Origin: Roseiflexus sp.
Lineage (GTDB): Bacteria > Chloroflexota > Chloroflexia > Chloroflexales > Roseiflexaceae
NCBI GenBank assembly: GCA_034432635.1
Contig: DAOUBK010000101.1
Coordinates: 263-64,262, forward strand
Direction of reading: 5' to 3'
DNA length: 64,000 bases
Below the pieces are notes generated by a model. The model had not been told where the DNA came from, made no database searches, and worked only from the letters and a program-made list of their open reading frames with translations. A program made the position numbers and the translations under genes. Below, in pieces: positions 35,477-45,294 of the stretch. How positions within the stretch are numbered: position 1 is the stretch's first letter; every line of letters begins with the position of its first letter.

Positions 35477-36550
35477 TCATGGCGACTCTGTTATCCGTCT
35501 CCCATCCTCACCAAAGACATGTAATCGCTCACGAGCAATAGTGAAACGCACCGTATCACCGCGACGCAGTGATGTCATACCAGGCGTTGTACTGACAATC
35601 GTTTGAGCCCCCGATCTGATGTAGAGCACCGTCTCAACACCCAGCGGTTCGACGAGCGTTACCTCACCGGCAAAAGAACCGTTCGGATCAGGTTGCACAT
35701 CCTCCGGACGCAAGCCAATCTGGAACCGTGCTGGCAGCGTCGTATTTCTGGTTCCGTCAATAGGAATGGCTATCGAGCTCCCCTCTACGTGGATGCAGCC
35801 ATTTACGAAGTCAGCCGGCAGCAAATTGATCCGCGGGGTTCCGACGAGCTGAGCAACGAACGTCGTCGCCGGATAATCATAAATCTCATGTGGAGTGCCA
35901 ATCTGGACGATCTGAGCCTGCGACATCACAGCAATTCGATCCGCCATCGTCAGCGCCTCGATCTGATCGTGAGTCACAAAGAGGATCGTACTGCTCTGGG
36001 TCTTTTGAAGGTGCTTGAGCTCAATGCGCAGCGCCTCTCGCAACTTGAAGTCCAGGTTCGACAGCGGCTCATCCATCAGAAAAATGCGCGGATTGCGCAC
36101 GATTGCACGACCGATAGAAACCCGCTGCATTTCGCCTCCGGAGAGGCGAGCCGTCTTTCGTTCCAGGAGATGGCTGATGCGCAGTATTTCGGCTACATGG
36201 GTCACACGCGCCTTGATCTCCGACTCCGGCATGCGGCGGAGTGGCGCGCGCAGTGGGAATGCCAGGTTATCGTAGACCGACATGGTTGGGTACAGTGAGT
36301 ACTGCTGGAACACAAAGGCCACATCACGCTGCGGCGGTGCGAGTCCATCGACCGGTTGATCATCGAACAGGACACTTCCTTCATCATGTCGCTCAAGCCC
36401 GGCGATCACGCGCAGCGTTGTGGTTTTGCCCGCACCGCTCGGTCCGAGCAGCACAAAGAACTCACCATCGCCAATCGAAAACGATACCTGATGAAGTGCC
36501 CGGAGTGTACCAAAATATTTTGTGATCGATTGGAGTGTTACATCGGCCAC
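35477..36550 (-). CDS. ABC transporter ATP-binding protein, MalK/UgpC-like (copy B)
   Basis: Walker A GPSGAGKTT, signature LSGGEMQRV, Walker B IFLMDEPLSNLD and a C-terminal TOBE-like domain are present. The GTG start at 36550 is preceded by GGAGGG. Confidence 0.85.
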   Translation of the reverse strand: MADVTLQSITKYFGTLRALHQVSFSIGDGEFFVLLGPSGAGKTTTLRVIAGLERHDEGSVLFDDQPVDGLAPPQRDVAFVFQQYSLYPTMSVYDNLAFPLRAPLRRMPESEIKARVTHVAEILRISHLLERKTARLSGGEMQRVSIGRAIVRNPRIFLMDEPLSNLDFKLREALRIELKHLQKTQSSTILFVTHDQIEALTMADRIAVMSQAQIVQIGTPHEIYDYPATTFVAQLVGTPRINLLPADFVNGCIHVEGSSIAIPIDGTRNTTLPARFQIGLRPEDVQPDPNGSFAGEVTLVEPLGVETVLYIRSGAQTIVSTTPGMTSLRRGDTVRFTIARERLHVFGEDGRRITESP

Positions 36551-36658
36551 AAGCCCTCCGTCTGCAGAGTTCACCTGGTACAGACAAGCACAACGCTCAG
36601 GCGCTGGCGCCTTGTTGCACTGCACTATTTATTGCGCGGCATCTTTGGATTGCTGTTC

Positions 36659-37747
36659 TCACATGACGCGAATTGCGGCTTCACTTGTCGCATCGAAGAA
36701 ACGTACCAGCGCCGGATCGATGTCGAAGCGCACGAGTTCACCGATTGGATACATTGTATCGCGCGATGTGCGGGCGTGGACGATCATTTCATCACTGCCG
36801 AGCGCCAGATGGAGCATTGAATATGCGCCATGCATATTGGAAGCATATACTTCGGCGGCGATAGATCCATCACTCCTGATCTTCACGGCTTCGGGTCGAA
36901 ATCCAACGACGATACGGTTCTCGGTCAATCCAGCCCGCGCGATCGCCGCATGCCAGTGTTCAGGAACAGGGTAACGGCTTCCGCCTGGCAGTATCACCAG
37001 ACCATCCTGGTAAACGCTGGGAACCAGATTCATGCCAGGACTGCCAATAAAACGCGCTACAAACATCGTTGCGGGATCGTAGTACACATCGTGCGGCGTA
37101 CCGATCTGCTGCACAACCGCATTAGCCATCACGACAATCCGATCGCCCATGGCCATGGCTTCGATCTGATCGTGGGTGACGTAGACCGTCGTTGCGTGCT
37201 GCTGAAGGTGCAAACGCTTGATTTCAGTACGCATCACCTCGCGGAACTCAGCATCGAGCGCACCAAGGGGTTCGTCCATCAGGAAGGCTGCCGGTCGACG
37301 CACAAGTGCACGCGCCAACGCCACCCGCTGCCGATCGCCGCCGCTGAGCGCATGCGGGCGAAGGTTGAGCAACGGTGCGATATTCAGCATCTGCACAACC
37401 TCATTGACCCGCCGCTCGATCACTTCACGCTTCTCACCTTGTGCTTCGAGCGGGAAGGCAATGTTCTGCCGGACCGTCATATGAGGGTAGAGTGCGAAGA
37501 GCTGAAAGACGAACGCAATATCCCGCTCACGACCAGACTTCTGCGTGACATCCTGACCATTCAGCAGAATACGTCCGGCTGTGACTGTTTCCAGTCCGGC
37601 TATCATGCGCAGAGTAGTCGTCTTGCCACAACCGGATGGTCCGAGCAGCGCCACGAACTCGCCGTCGTTGACGATCAGGTCCATCGGTCGTACCGCATAG
37701 ACATCGCCGAATTTCTTTTCGACCTGCTGAAGTGCAATAGTCGCCAT
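36659..37747 (-). CDS. ABC transporter ATP-binding protein, MalK/UgpC-like (copy A)
   Basis: Walker A GPSGCGKTT, signature LSGGDRQRV, Walker B AFLMDEPLGALD and a C-terminal regulatory domain are present. Confidence 0.85.
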   Translation of the reverse strand: MATIALQQVEKKFGDVYAVRPMDLIVNDGEFVALLGPSGCGKTTTLRMIAGLETVTAGRILLNGQDVTQKSGRERDIAFVFQLFALYPHMTVRQNIAFPLEAQGEKREVIERRVNEVVQMLNIAPLLNLRPHALSGGDRQRVALARALVRRPAAFLMDEPLGALDAEFREVMRTEIKRLHLQQHATTVYVTHDQIEAMAMGDRIVVMANAVVQQIGTPHDVYYDPATMFVARFIGSPGMNLVPSVYQDGLVILPGGSRYPVPEHWHAAIARAGLTENRIVVGFRPEAVKIRSDGSIAAEVYASNMHGAYSMLHLALGSDEMIVHARTSRDTMYPIGELVRFDIDPALVRFFDATSEAAIRVM

Positions 37748-37830
37748 TTCGGTATTGTTTCAGGTGTTGACTGCTATGTCTCGTCGACGAATGGTTTCTC
37801 TCCTGCCGGTGCAGGTGAAGCGCCAGTTGC

Positions 37831-38034
37831 TCAATCGGGCAAATGACTGACAATGATGAACATCAACGTTCCCGCCAGAATCACAACGAAACTGTAGGTA
37901 TACAGTACGAGCATGAACGGCTGGAACATCATCAACGCACCGAGAGCCATGATACCCATCGCAATCCGCTCCAGATAGCGCTTGCGCAAGACCCGGCGCG
38001 GAGTCGCATATGTCTCATCCGGTTTGTCGCTCAT
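37831..38034 (-). CDS. Possible 67-aa two-helix membrane micro-protein inside the ABC operon
   Basis: MSDKPDETYATPRRVLRKRYLERIAMGIMALGALMMFQPFMLVLYTYSFVVILAGTLMFIIVSHLPD has a basic N-terminus followed by two hydrophobic helices. It fills the gap between the permease and ATPase genes. No homology was recognised. Confidence 0.4.
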   Translation of the reverse strand: MSDKPDETYATPRRVLRKRYLERIAMGIMALGALMMFQPFMLVLYTYSFVVILAGTLMFIIVSHLPD

Positions 38035-38068
38035 CCTTGCCATCCTCCCCGTTGAAGCCGATCGTTGG

Positions 38069-39016
38069 CTATTGCCGCAGGGCGCCGAATGTAATCCCAC
38101 GCAACAGGTAGTTGCGCAGTGCAAAGGTAACGATGACCACTGGAATCAGAAAGAGGAGCGAGCCAGCAGCGATCGCCGACCATTCAACTCCTGCCGTTCC
38201 TAGCACTGTCGGGATACTCGGCGGCGCAGTACGCGCCCGTTCGCGTGTGAGCATCAACGCAAAGGCATACTCATTCCACGCGAAGATCAGGCAGAAGACC
38301 GTAGTCGCTGCAATGCCGGTGATTGCTTGGGGGAGCACAATCTTACGAAACGCCTGCCAGCGAGTGTAGCCATCCACCAGCGCAGCTTCTTCGTACTCGC
38401 GTGGAATCTCATCCAGAAATCCTTTCAGCAACCAAACCGACAGCGACAGGTTGAAGACGGTATAGAGCAGAATCATCCCCAGATGAGTATCGTTCAGTCC
38501 CAGTTGTGTGTACATCAGGAAGATCGGAATAGTGACAACGACGGCTGGCAGCATGCGGGTGCTGAGAATGAAGAACTGCCAGTCAGCGCTGGCACGCACC
38601 CGAAAGCGACTGAAGGCATAGGCGGCCAGCAATCCCAGAACGACTGCTGCAACCGTCGACAGTGTTGCAATGATCACGGAATTGATCAGCCGCTGGAGGT
38701 ACTGACTCGGTCCGATGATCTTAAGCCCGCGTTGCAGCATCATCCGGTCAGCCCAACCAAGATTTGGATCGCGTTCGAGTCGCTCCTGTTGCATCCTGGT
38801 CAACGTTGACCGTTGCGTAAAGAGACTGACAAACCCTTCAAGCGTTGGGGTGAAAAACACTTTCGGCGGCACAGCGATCACATCCTCACGCGGCTTGAAT
38901 GCCGTCATCATCATCCAGATGATGGGGATGAGAAACAGAATGCATATGATGATTGCCAGAACAGCGCGAACGCTCATCACAGCACGCGCGCGGACAGTGT
39001 TTTCGACCTTTGGCAT
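38069..39016 (-). CDS. Carbohydrate ABC transporter permease (MalG-like)
   Basis: Six TM helices and an EAA-loop context (EEAALVDGYTRWQAFRKIVLP). Confidence 0.85.
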   Translation of the reverse strand: MPKVENTVRARAVMSVRAVLAIIICILFLIPIIWMMMTAFKPREDVIAVPPKVFFTPTLEGFVSLFTQRSTLTRMQQERLERDPNLGWADRMMLQRGLKIIGPSQYLQRLINSVIIATLSTVAAVVLGLLAAYAFSRFRVRASADWQFFILSTRMLPAVVVTIPIFLMYTQLGLNDTHLGMILLYTVFNLSLSVWLLKGFLDEIPREYEEAALVDGYTRWQAFRKIVLPQAITGIAATTVFCLIFAWNEYAFALMLTRERARTAPPSIPTVLGTAGVEWSAIAAGSLLFLIPVVIVTFALRNYLLRGITFGALRQ

Positions 39017-39017
39017 G

Positions 39018-39953
39018 TCAGTCTCCCTTGATCTGGTTCAGATATTTGATATACACATTACTGACACCAATGATCAACACCAGCACAATGTATGCCAGAG
39101 CGCTTGCCTTACCAGTCTGCCAGTTCGGAAACGCAATACGGTAGAGGTTGACTGCCACCAGCTCGGTCGCATCACCCGGACCGCCACCGGTCAGCCCCAT
39201 GACCAGATCGAACGTTTTGAATGCTTCGATAGTGCGGAACAGGACGGCGATCAGGAGGAGCGGCGCGACCATCGGCAATGTGATACGCCAGAATGTCAAG
39301 AGCGGACCGGCGCGATCGATTTCAGCCGCTTCGTAGAGATAATCAGGGATGGCGCTCAAACCGGCAAGACAGAGCAGCATGACGTATGGCGCCCACATCC
39401 AGACATCCACAATCACGACAGCCCAGATTGCCAGCGCTGGATTACCGAGCCAGTCAGGTCCGCGCCCTGGCGGATAACCGAGCAGGTAGTTGAAGATACC
39501 GTAATTCGGATTGAAGATAAGCTTCCAGAACAACCCGACCACGACCGGCGACAGCATCATTGGAGTGAGGATAAGGGTCGTGATCAGACCGCTACCGCGA
39601 AACTTTTGTCGCAACAGCAGCGCCAGTCCAAAACCAACCAGGGTTTCGAGGGCAACCGATACAACTACGTAGAAGGCGGTATTTCGGAAGTATATCCACA
39701 ACTGGGGATCACCCAGGATGTCGCGATAATTCTGCAATCCGATAAAATTGGGCGGCCGGTTGGCGATTGCCGAAAAATCGGTAAAACTGAGACCAAGGCT
39801 GTAGAGGAGTGGAAAAATATTGAACGCAATCAGGAGCACGAGGGTCGGCCAGAGAAAGAGCCGTCGGAGTGTGTCATCGCTGAGTACGCGCTGGTGACGT
39901 ACACCGACCTGGGAAGATACAAACGTCTGCCGGGTTGATTTCGCTCGATCCAT
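39018..39953 (-). CDS. Carbohydrate ABC transporter permease (MalF-like)
   Basis: Six TM helices and an EAA-loop context (YEAAEIDRAGPLLTFWRITLP). There is a 1-nt gap to the next permease. Confidence 0.85.
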   Translation of the reverse strand: MDRAKSTRQTFVSSQVGVRHQRVLSDDTLRRLFLWPTLVLLIAFNIFPLLYSLGLSFTDFSAIANRPPNFIGLQNYRDILGDPQLWIYFRNTAFYVVVSVALETLVGFGLALLLRQKFRGSGLITTLILTPMMLSPVVVGLFWKLIFNPNYGIFNYLLGYPPGRGPDWLGNPALAIWAVVIVDVWMWAPYVMLLCLAGLSAIPDYLYEAAEIDRAGPLLTFWRITLPMVAPLLLIAVLFRTIEAFKTFDLVMGLTGGGPGDATELVAVNLYRIAFPNWQTGKASALAYIVLVLIIGVSNVYIKYLNQIKGD

Positions 39954-40031
39954 GTGGTTCTCGAAACATTGGCGAGAGCGGAGATTGGAGATCGATACTG
40001 CCCCAGCCGATCTCCAATCTCGCTCGCCGCG

Positions 40032-41432
40032 CTATGCTTTCAGCAGTCCAGCCTTTCTGAAGATATCCTCGTGCTCTCGTGCTATGGTTTCGAGAGTGCC
40101 TTGTGCAGTACCCTCGCCATTTACGACGAACTTGTGCAGTTCACGCTGTGAAACTTCCAGCAGTTCACTGTAGACCGGCACAGCCCAGAAGTCCTTCACT
40201 TTCTGCATCGACTCGGCGAAGGCCCGGTTGAACGGCGTGTTTTCCAGGAAGGCTTGTGAGTTGAGAATATTGGCATTGCAGGTATACCCGCCAAGCTCAG
40301 CCCATTTTTGCTGTACCTCGTCTTTTGCCAGCCACTTGAGGAACTCCATGGCTGCGGCCTGCCTCTCTGCGCTGATATACTTGACGATACTGATGCCCTG
40401 TCCACCGAGTGCTGAGTAGCTCTTGCCGGTCGGACCGGCCGGGTTCGAGAAGAAACCGGTCACCCTGGCGTACTTATTGGTCGCCTCATTGGCCAGCCCG
40501 GGGAAGAAAGCGAAGTAGTTCATCGCCATTGCAACCTGCCCGCCTACGAAGTGATTAATGCTCTCCTGCCAGAAGTCGTTCGAGCTGCCGGGGGGGCAGA
40601 ACTTGTATAATTCGCGATAAAACTCGAGTGCTTCCACGTTCTCTTGCGAATTGAGCACTCCCAGAACCTTGTAGTCATTCGTCCCCCAATCTCCGCCCCA
40701 GGAGAACATGGTGTTCTGATAGCCCATCGTGATGGCGTCATAATCCTTCTGGGTGTAGATCGAGATGCCGTACAGGTTCTTGTCCGGCCGGGTAAAGAAT
40801 TCGGCGATGTCCCGTAGCTCCGCCCACGTCTTGGGTACACCCAGATCGCGGTTGTACCTGGCTTTGTAATCAGCCATTTCCTGCGGATCCTCAAAAAGGT
40901 CTCGGCGATAGCTCCAACCGCAGGCATCGCCTTCCAGCGGATACGCCCAGAACTTGCCCGATCCCTTCGGGTACTCAGCATAGGCGGTAACTGTGGCCGG
41001 CGCCAGCGCCTTGCCATTCAGCTCGGTGTAGAAGACATCAGTCAGCTCAACGTAATGCCCCTGTGTTGCGCCCTGGCCGAGCCATTGACTGTCGCCCACT
41101 ACTAAGTCGTAGGCAGTGCCTCTGGCAGCAAACTCGGTGAAGACCTTGTTGCCAAATGACCCCCACGGTTCCTGGACAACTTTGACAGTCGCGTTTGGAT
41201 ACTCTGCAACCAGCTCCTGAAGGTAGTTCGAGGGATCCCACTCTGCCCAGATGATCGTCAGATTTGTGCTAGATCCACCAGCAGCGGGCGGGGCGGTGGT
41301 CGGCTGATTCGACGGCGCTCCGGCGGGAGTTCCGGTTGCACCGCCACAGGCTGCGAGCAGTAGCGTTCCACCACCGGCAATCACGCCACGGAGGAATGTG
41401 CGGCGTGAGAGACTCTTATCACTCAGAGACAT
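40032..41432 (-). CDS. Extracellular solute-binding lipoprotein (family 1, sugar type) with a Tat-like signal
   Basis: SRRTFLRGVIAGGGTLLLAACGG is a twin-Arg signal plus lipobox. An AAAGGAG SD lies before the ATG at 41432. The longer ORF to 41501 would run through the promoter/operator described below. Confidence 0.85.
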   Translation of the reverse strand: MSLSDKSLSRRTFLRGVIAGGGTLLLAACGGATGTPAGAPSNQPTTAPPAAGGSSTNLTIIWAEWDPSNYLQELVAEYPNATVKVVQEPWGSFGNKVFTEFAARGTAYDLVVGDSQWLGQGATQGHYVELTDVFYTELNGKALAPATVTAYAEYPKGSGKFWAYPLEGDACGWSYRRDLFEDPQEMADYKARYNRDLGVPKTWAELRDIAEFFTRPDKNLYGISIYTQKDYDAITMGYQNTMFSWGGDWGTNDYKVLGVLNSQENVEALEFYRELYKFCPPGSSNDFWQESINHFVGGQVAMAMNYFAFFPGLANEATNKYARVTGFFSNPAGPTGKSYSALGGQGISIVKYISAERQAAAMEFLKWLAKDEVQQKWAELGGYTCNANILNSQAFLENTPFNRAFAESMQKVKDFWAVPVYSELLEVSQRELHKFVVNGEGTAQGTLETIAREHEDIFRKAGLLKA

Positions 41433-41461
41433 CTGTCGTGCTCCTTTGCTCGTGACGCCTT

Positions 41462-41511
41462 TGGATACAACGGGGTATCCAGAGAATACACGAACCGGCA
41501 TGGTTTGTCAA
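41462..41511 (-). promoter_or_regulatory. Promoter-operator module for the ABC importer operon: TTGACA-N17-TATTCT-C-TGGATAC-N6-GTATCCA
   Basis: Read on the minus strand: -35 at 41506-41511, -10 at 41483-41488, inverted repeat at 41462-41481. It sits 30 nt upstream of the solute-binding protein start. Confidence 0.55.
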
Positions 41512-41627
41512 GGGGTTTCCTGTGAAGGTAAACACGAAGTTATACTGGATGGGAAAAGTCGCTTGACCATACGACTCTTCACGATAGCGGTAGAAAAGCA
41601 TCGATCATAGCCTGCCATGATTGCCTC

Positions 41628-41677
41628 TTGACAAAGTAGATCGCTTCGTGTATTTTTTGGATACTTTGCTGTATCCA
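41628..41677 (+). promoter_or_regulatory. Promoter-operator module for the oxidase operon: TTGACA-N17-TATTTT-T-TGGATAC-N6-GTATCCA
   Basis: The -35 is at 41628-41633, the -10 at 41651-41656 and the inverted repeat at 41658-41677. The geometry matches the divergent module, and both share TTCGTGTATT before the repeat. Confidence 0.55.
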
Positions 41678-41732
41678 GAAAGTTGTCCAATCAAATCGGA
41701 ATGGCACGAACGCTTCCGGTGTCCTTGCGACG

Positions 41733-43187
41733 ATGAGGTTTCGTTCGGTGGTGCATCCATTTCAGCTCGAAGCAGTCGTCAGTGAGCTCAACGACGCGAT
41801 TGGCGCCGGGTATGTTTCGACGCGCCCCAGTGACCGGCTGATCTATGCTGCCGACTGGTCATGGATGTCTCAGGTCTGGCTGGATCGTGCGCAGCCGCCA
41901 GCTATGGCCGACATTATCGTCCATCCCGGTTCAGCCAGGGAAATTGGGCTGGTGTTGCAGATCGCCGGACGATACGGACTGCCGGTCGTCCCGTGGGGTG
42001 GTGGATCGGGTTCACAGGGCGGCGCTGCGCCGATGTACGGTGGCATCCTGCTCGATACCAAGCGTCTGAGTCGCATCCTGGAGATCGATGAGCAATCACT
42101 TACGGTGCGCGCCCAGGCTGGAATCATCGGTACGCAACTCGAGTGGGCGCTAAACGAGCGCGGGCTGACGCTGCCTCATTATCCGGCCTCTGCCCATTGT
42201 GCCACCCTTGGTGGCTACCTGGCTGCACGTGGTTCCGGCGTCATCTCCACCAAGTACGGCAAGGCTGAGGATCTGGTGCTGGAGATTGAGGTGGTTGTAC
42301 CAGGCGGTGAGATCATTCGCACCTTACCGGTGCCGAACCACGCCTCTGGTCCAAGCCTGCTTCAGCTCTTTGTCGGCTCAGAAGGAACCCTGGGCGTCAT
42401 CACCGAAGCAACGATGCGCATCGAACACATGCCGGAGGTGCGTCTGTTCCGTGGGGTGCTCTTCCGTGATCTGTCGTCGGCGCTCGAAGCCGGGCGGCGA
42501 ATCATGATCCAGCGACTCCAGCCGTGCGTGATGCGGCTGTACGATCCGGCATCAACAGCGACACTGCTCCGGCGAGTCCTTGGACTGGAGCTCGAAGGCG
42601 CCTGTTTCATCCTGGGTTTCGACGGCTGGGCTGAAATCGCTGCCGCGCAGGAAGCGCGTGCCCTGGCGATCTGTACCGACCTGGGCGGTGAGGATTTGGG
42701 ACCCGATCTCGGCGAGCACTGGTGGCGTCACCGCTATGACTTCTACTATCCACCGCTGGCACTCGCGCTGCCGAAAATGTTCGGCACTGTCGAGACCGTC
42801 TGTACCTTCGCAAACATCGAGCGGCTGTATGCTGCCAAGAAGCGGGTCATCGAGGAAGAGTTCACCGAATGGGGTGCACGCTATATCGCCCACTTTTCTC
42901 ACTGGTTTCCATGGGGGGTGATGATCTACGATCGCTTCGTGATTGACTCACCGCCAGAAGATGCCAGAGAGGCATTGCAACTGCACAACGCTATCTGGAC
43001 TGCCTCGGCACGTGCATCACTGGCGCATGGCGGCGTCCTTAACGAGCACCATGGTATCGGCTGGAAGCTTGGTCGGCTGATGCCGGAGCTCTACGGCCCG
43101 GCATGGTCAACGTTGCTGGCTATCAAGCGTGCCCTTGATCCACAGAACATTATGAATCCGGGCAAGCTTGGTTTTCCTGTAAAGTAA
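41733..43187 (+). CDS. FAD-binding oxidase (PCMH-type; GlcD / D-lactate dehydrogenase / alkyl-DHAP-synthase-like)
   Basis: FAD-binding blocks are present (VVPWGGGSGSQGG, GIIGTQLEWAL). The C-terminal cap domain has HHGIG and NIMNPGKL. Confidence 0.8.
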   Translation: MRFRSVVHPFQLEAVVSELNDAIGAGYVSTRPSDRLIYAADWSWMSQVWLDRAQPPAMADIIVHPGSAREIGLVLQIAGRYGLPVVPWGGGSGSQGGAAPMYGGILLDTKRLSRILEIDEQSLTVRAQAGIIGTQLEWALNERGLTLPHYPASAHCATLGGYLAARGSGVISTKYGKAEDLVLEIEVVVPGGEIIRTLPVPNHASGPSLLQLFVGSEGTLGVITEATMRIEHMPEVRLFRGVLFRDLSSALEAGRRIMIQRLQPCVMRLYDPASTATLLRRVLGLELEGACFILGFDGWAEIAAAQEARALAICTDLGGEDLGPDLGEHWWRHRYDFYYPPLALALPKMFGTVETVCTFANIERLYAAKKRVIEEEFTEWGARYIAHFSHWFPWGVMIYDRFVIDSPPEDAREALQLHNAIWTASARASLAHGGVLNEHHGIGWKLGRLMPELYGPAWSTLLAIKRALDPQNIMNPGKLGFPVK

Positions 43188-44327
43188 GTGGTAGGTACAG
43201 GACGCTTGCCTGCCTTTCATCTCGCCATGCCAATGGATGATATCTCACTCACAACCGAACACTGCCGTTACTGTCTCATGTGCCGCCATGTCTGCCCGGT
43301 GACGCGAGTGACCGCGAATGAGGCAATCTCGCCACATGGCTGGGCGCTCCTTGTGGCATCAGCCCGGCGTGGTCTGGTGACATGGGATGATGATGCGGTC
43401 GATCGCCTCTATCAATGCGCAGATTGCGGACTCTGCCGGGTGCATTGCGTCACCGACCAGCCGCTGCCCGATGCCCTGATCGCGGTACGCGCCAGATTGG
43501 CGGCAGGTGGACAGGCGCCGGCACGTGTGGCAGTACTGGATGAGCGACTACGGCAGTGGGGCAATATCTATACCGGGGATAGCAGCATTCTGTCGACCGG
43601 ACGAGCACCGACGGCACTCCTGGTGGGAGCCGAGGCGTGGCGCCGTACTCCAGAGGAGGTACAGGCAGCGCAACGGCTCCTCAACGCAGCCGGGCTCGAA
43701 CATGCCCCGGCAGCAGTAGGGCGCGATGAGGGCTACCTGCCCTGGGCATTGGGATTGCATGATACAGCGAGGTCCCTGGCGCAGGCAACACACGAGGAAC
43801 TGACCGCAATCGGTGCGCAGCGCATTGTGGTGCTCTCACCACAACAATTCCACACACTTGTTCATGTCTACCCACAGCTCGGTGTACCACTTCCAGAAGG
43901 TCTCGAAATCGTTGAACTGACGGTGCTGCTGGTTCGACTGGTAGACACGGGGCGACTTGCATTTCGTCCGCTCACACGCGAAGCAGTGTACCACGATCCG
44001 GCGCAGGCGCCGCGGCTGGAAGGACACGGATCTGCGCCACGTCGACTCCTGCGATTGATAGGGATGACCCTTCACGAGACACTCTGGCGTGAACGACGGG
44101 CGATGAGTGCCGGAGCAAGCGGCGGGCTTCCATGGACACAGCCGGTACTGGCAGCACAAATGGCGCGGACCGTGCTGAACGATGCAATGTGCACCGGTGC
44201 TGCCATGCTGGTGACTGAGGCGCCCGAAACACTTGCACATCTACGAACGGTGACGGACGGGTTCGATGTACGGGGATTGTACAGTTTGCTGGCAGAGCAG
44301 CTGAGCGACTCACAGGTAGGGACTTGA
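43188..44327 (+). CDS. (Fe-S)-binding oxidoreductase partner (GlcF/LutA-like)
   Basis: Two ferredoxin-type cluster motifs are present: CRYCLMCRHVCPV and CADCGLCRVHCV. The GTG start immediately follows the oxidase stop; an alternative ATG is at 43227. Confidence 0.65.
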   Translation: MVGTGRLPAFHLAMPMDDISLTTEHCRYCLMCRHVCPVTRVTANEAISPHGWALLVASARRGLVTWDDDAVDRLYQCADCGLCRVHCVTDQPLPDALIAVRARLAAGGQAPARVAVLDERLRQWGNIYTGDSSILSTGRAPTALLVGAEAWRRTPEEVQAAQRLLNAAGLEHAPAAVGRDEGYLPWALGLHDTARSLAQATHEELTAIGAQRIVVLSPQQFHTLVHVYPQLGVPLPEGLEIVELTVLLVRLVDTGRLAFRPLTREAVYHDPAQAPRLEGHGSAPRRLLRLIGMTLHETLWRERRAMSAGASGGLPWTQPVLAAQMARTVLNDAMCTGAAMLVTEAPETLAHLRTVTDGFDVRGLYSLLAEQLSDSQVGT

Positions 44328-44386
44328 GGCTTATACGTGGGTGTAAGCCTGTACTTCCAAGATCTTAGCCTAAAGGAGATGCAACG

Positions 44387-45286
44387 ATGCAGGTTTCCAT
44401 GCACAACTGGATGCGGGCCGAGCCGGTCGAGACGACCATTCGACGGCTTGCAAAGTATGGCTACGACAGCATTGAGATCAGCTACGACAGTGTCGAACTT
44501 TCTCCCGGTGCGCCTGGTGTTAAGGCCGTCAAGCAAATGCTCAAAGAGAACGGCATCCGCTGTTACGGCTCGATCAGCCTCATGTTTACCGGACGCGACC
44601 TGATCCACGCCGACCCCGCAGTACGCGCACGGTCGGTTGAGTATTTGAAAAACTGCGTTCAAATGGTCGCCGATCTGGACGGAAGTACGATGAGTATCGT
44701 CCCTTCAGAGGTCGGCAAGGTGAAACCGATGGCCTCGCCAGAAGAGGAGTGGCAATGGGCGATTGAAGGGTTGAAGGAAGTACGTGATTTTGCCAACAAG
44801 GTCGGTGTGCGCATCGCAATTGAGCCGCTCAATCGCTTCGAAACCAACTTTCTCAACCGGCATGATCAGGCATTGCTGCTGGCTCAAGAAGTCGGACCGG
44901 ACGTGGGTGTCTGCCTTGATGTATACCATATGAATATGGAAGAGGCAAACATGTTCAAAGCCATTGAGAATGCCGGCTTGCAACTGTACGACCTCCACGT
45001 AGCCGATAACAACCGGATGGCGTGTGGTATGGGCGCGATTGACTGGGAACGACTGATCAACACCTGTAAACAGATTGGTTACGACGGATCACTAACGGTC
45101 GAATTCGTTCCACCGATTGATCGAACACCGGCTAATCCGTACAAGAATGCACTTGCCGCCGCAGATGCCACGTTAGCGCCTGAACAACTCAAGTTTATCG
45201 AAGCCCACGGCTCTGGCATTCTCTCCGAAGAGTTTTACTCCTGGCTGGTCGAGGAAAGCATCAAAACGTTGCGAAAATACCTGTAA
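44387..45286 (+). CDS. Sugar phosphate isomerase/epimerase (xylose-isomerase-like TIM barrel), second copy
   Basis: An AAGGAG SD is present. Blocks: GYDSIEIS, IAIEPLNRFETNFLN, CLDVYHMNMEE, HVADNNR. Confidence 0.8.
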   Translation: MQVSMHNWMRAEPVETTIRRLAKYGYDSIEISYDSVELSPGAPGVKAVKQMLKENGIRCYGSISLMFTGRDLIHADPAVRARSVEYLKNCVQMVADLDGSTMSIVPSEVGKVKPMASPEEEWQWAIEGLKEVRDFANKVGVRIAIEPLNRFETNFLNRHDQALLLAQEVGPDVGVCLDVYHMNMEEANMFKAIENAGLQLYDLHVADNNRMACGMGAIDWERLINTCKQIGYDGSLTVEFVPPIDRTPANPYKNALAAADATLAPEQLKFIEAHGSGILSEEFYSWLVEESIKTLRKYL

Positions 45287-45294
45287 TCTCTTCA

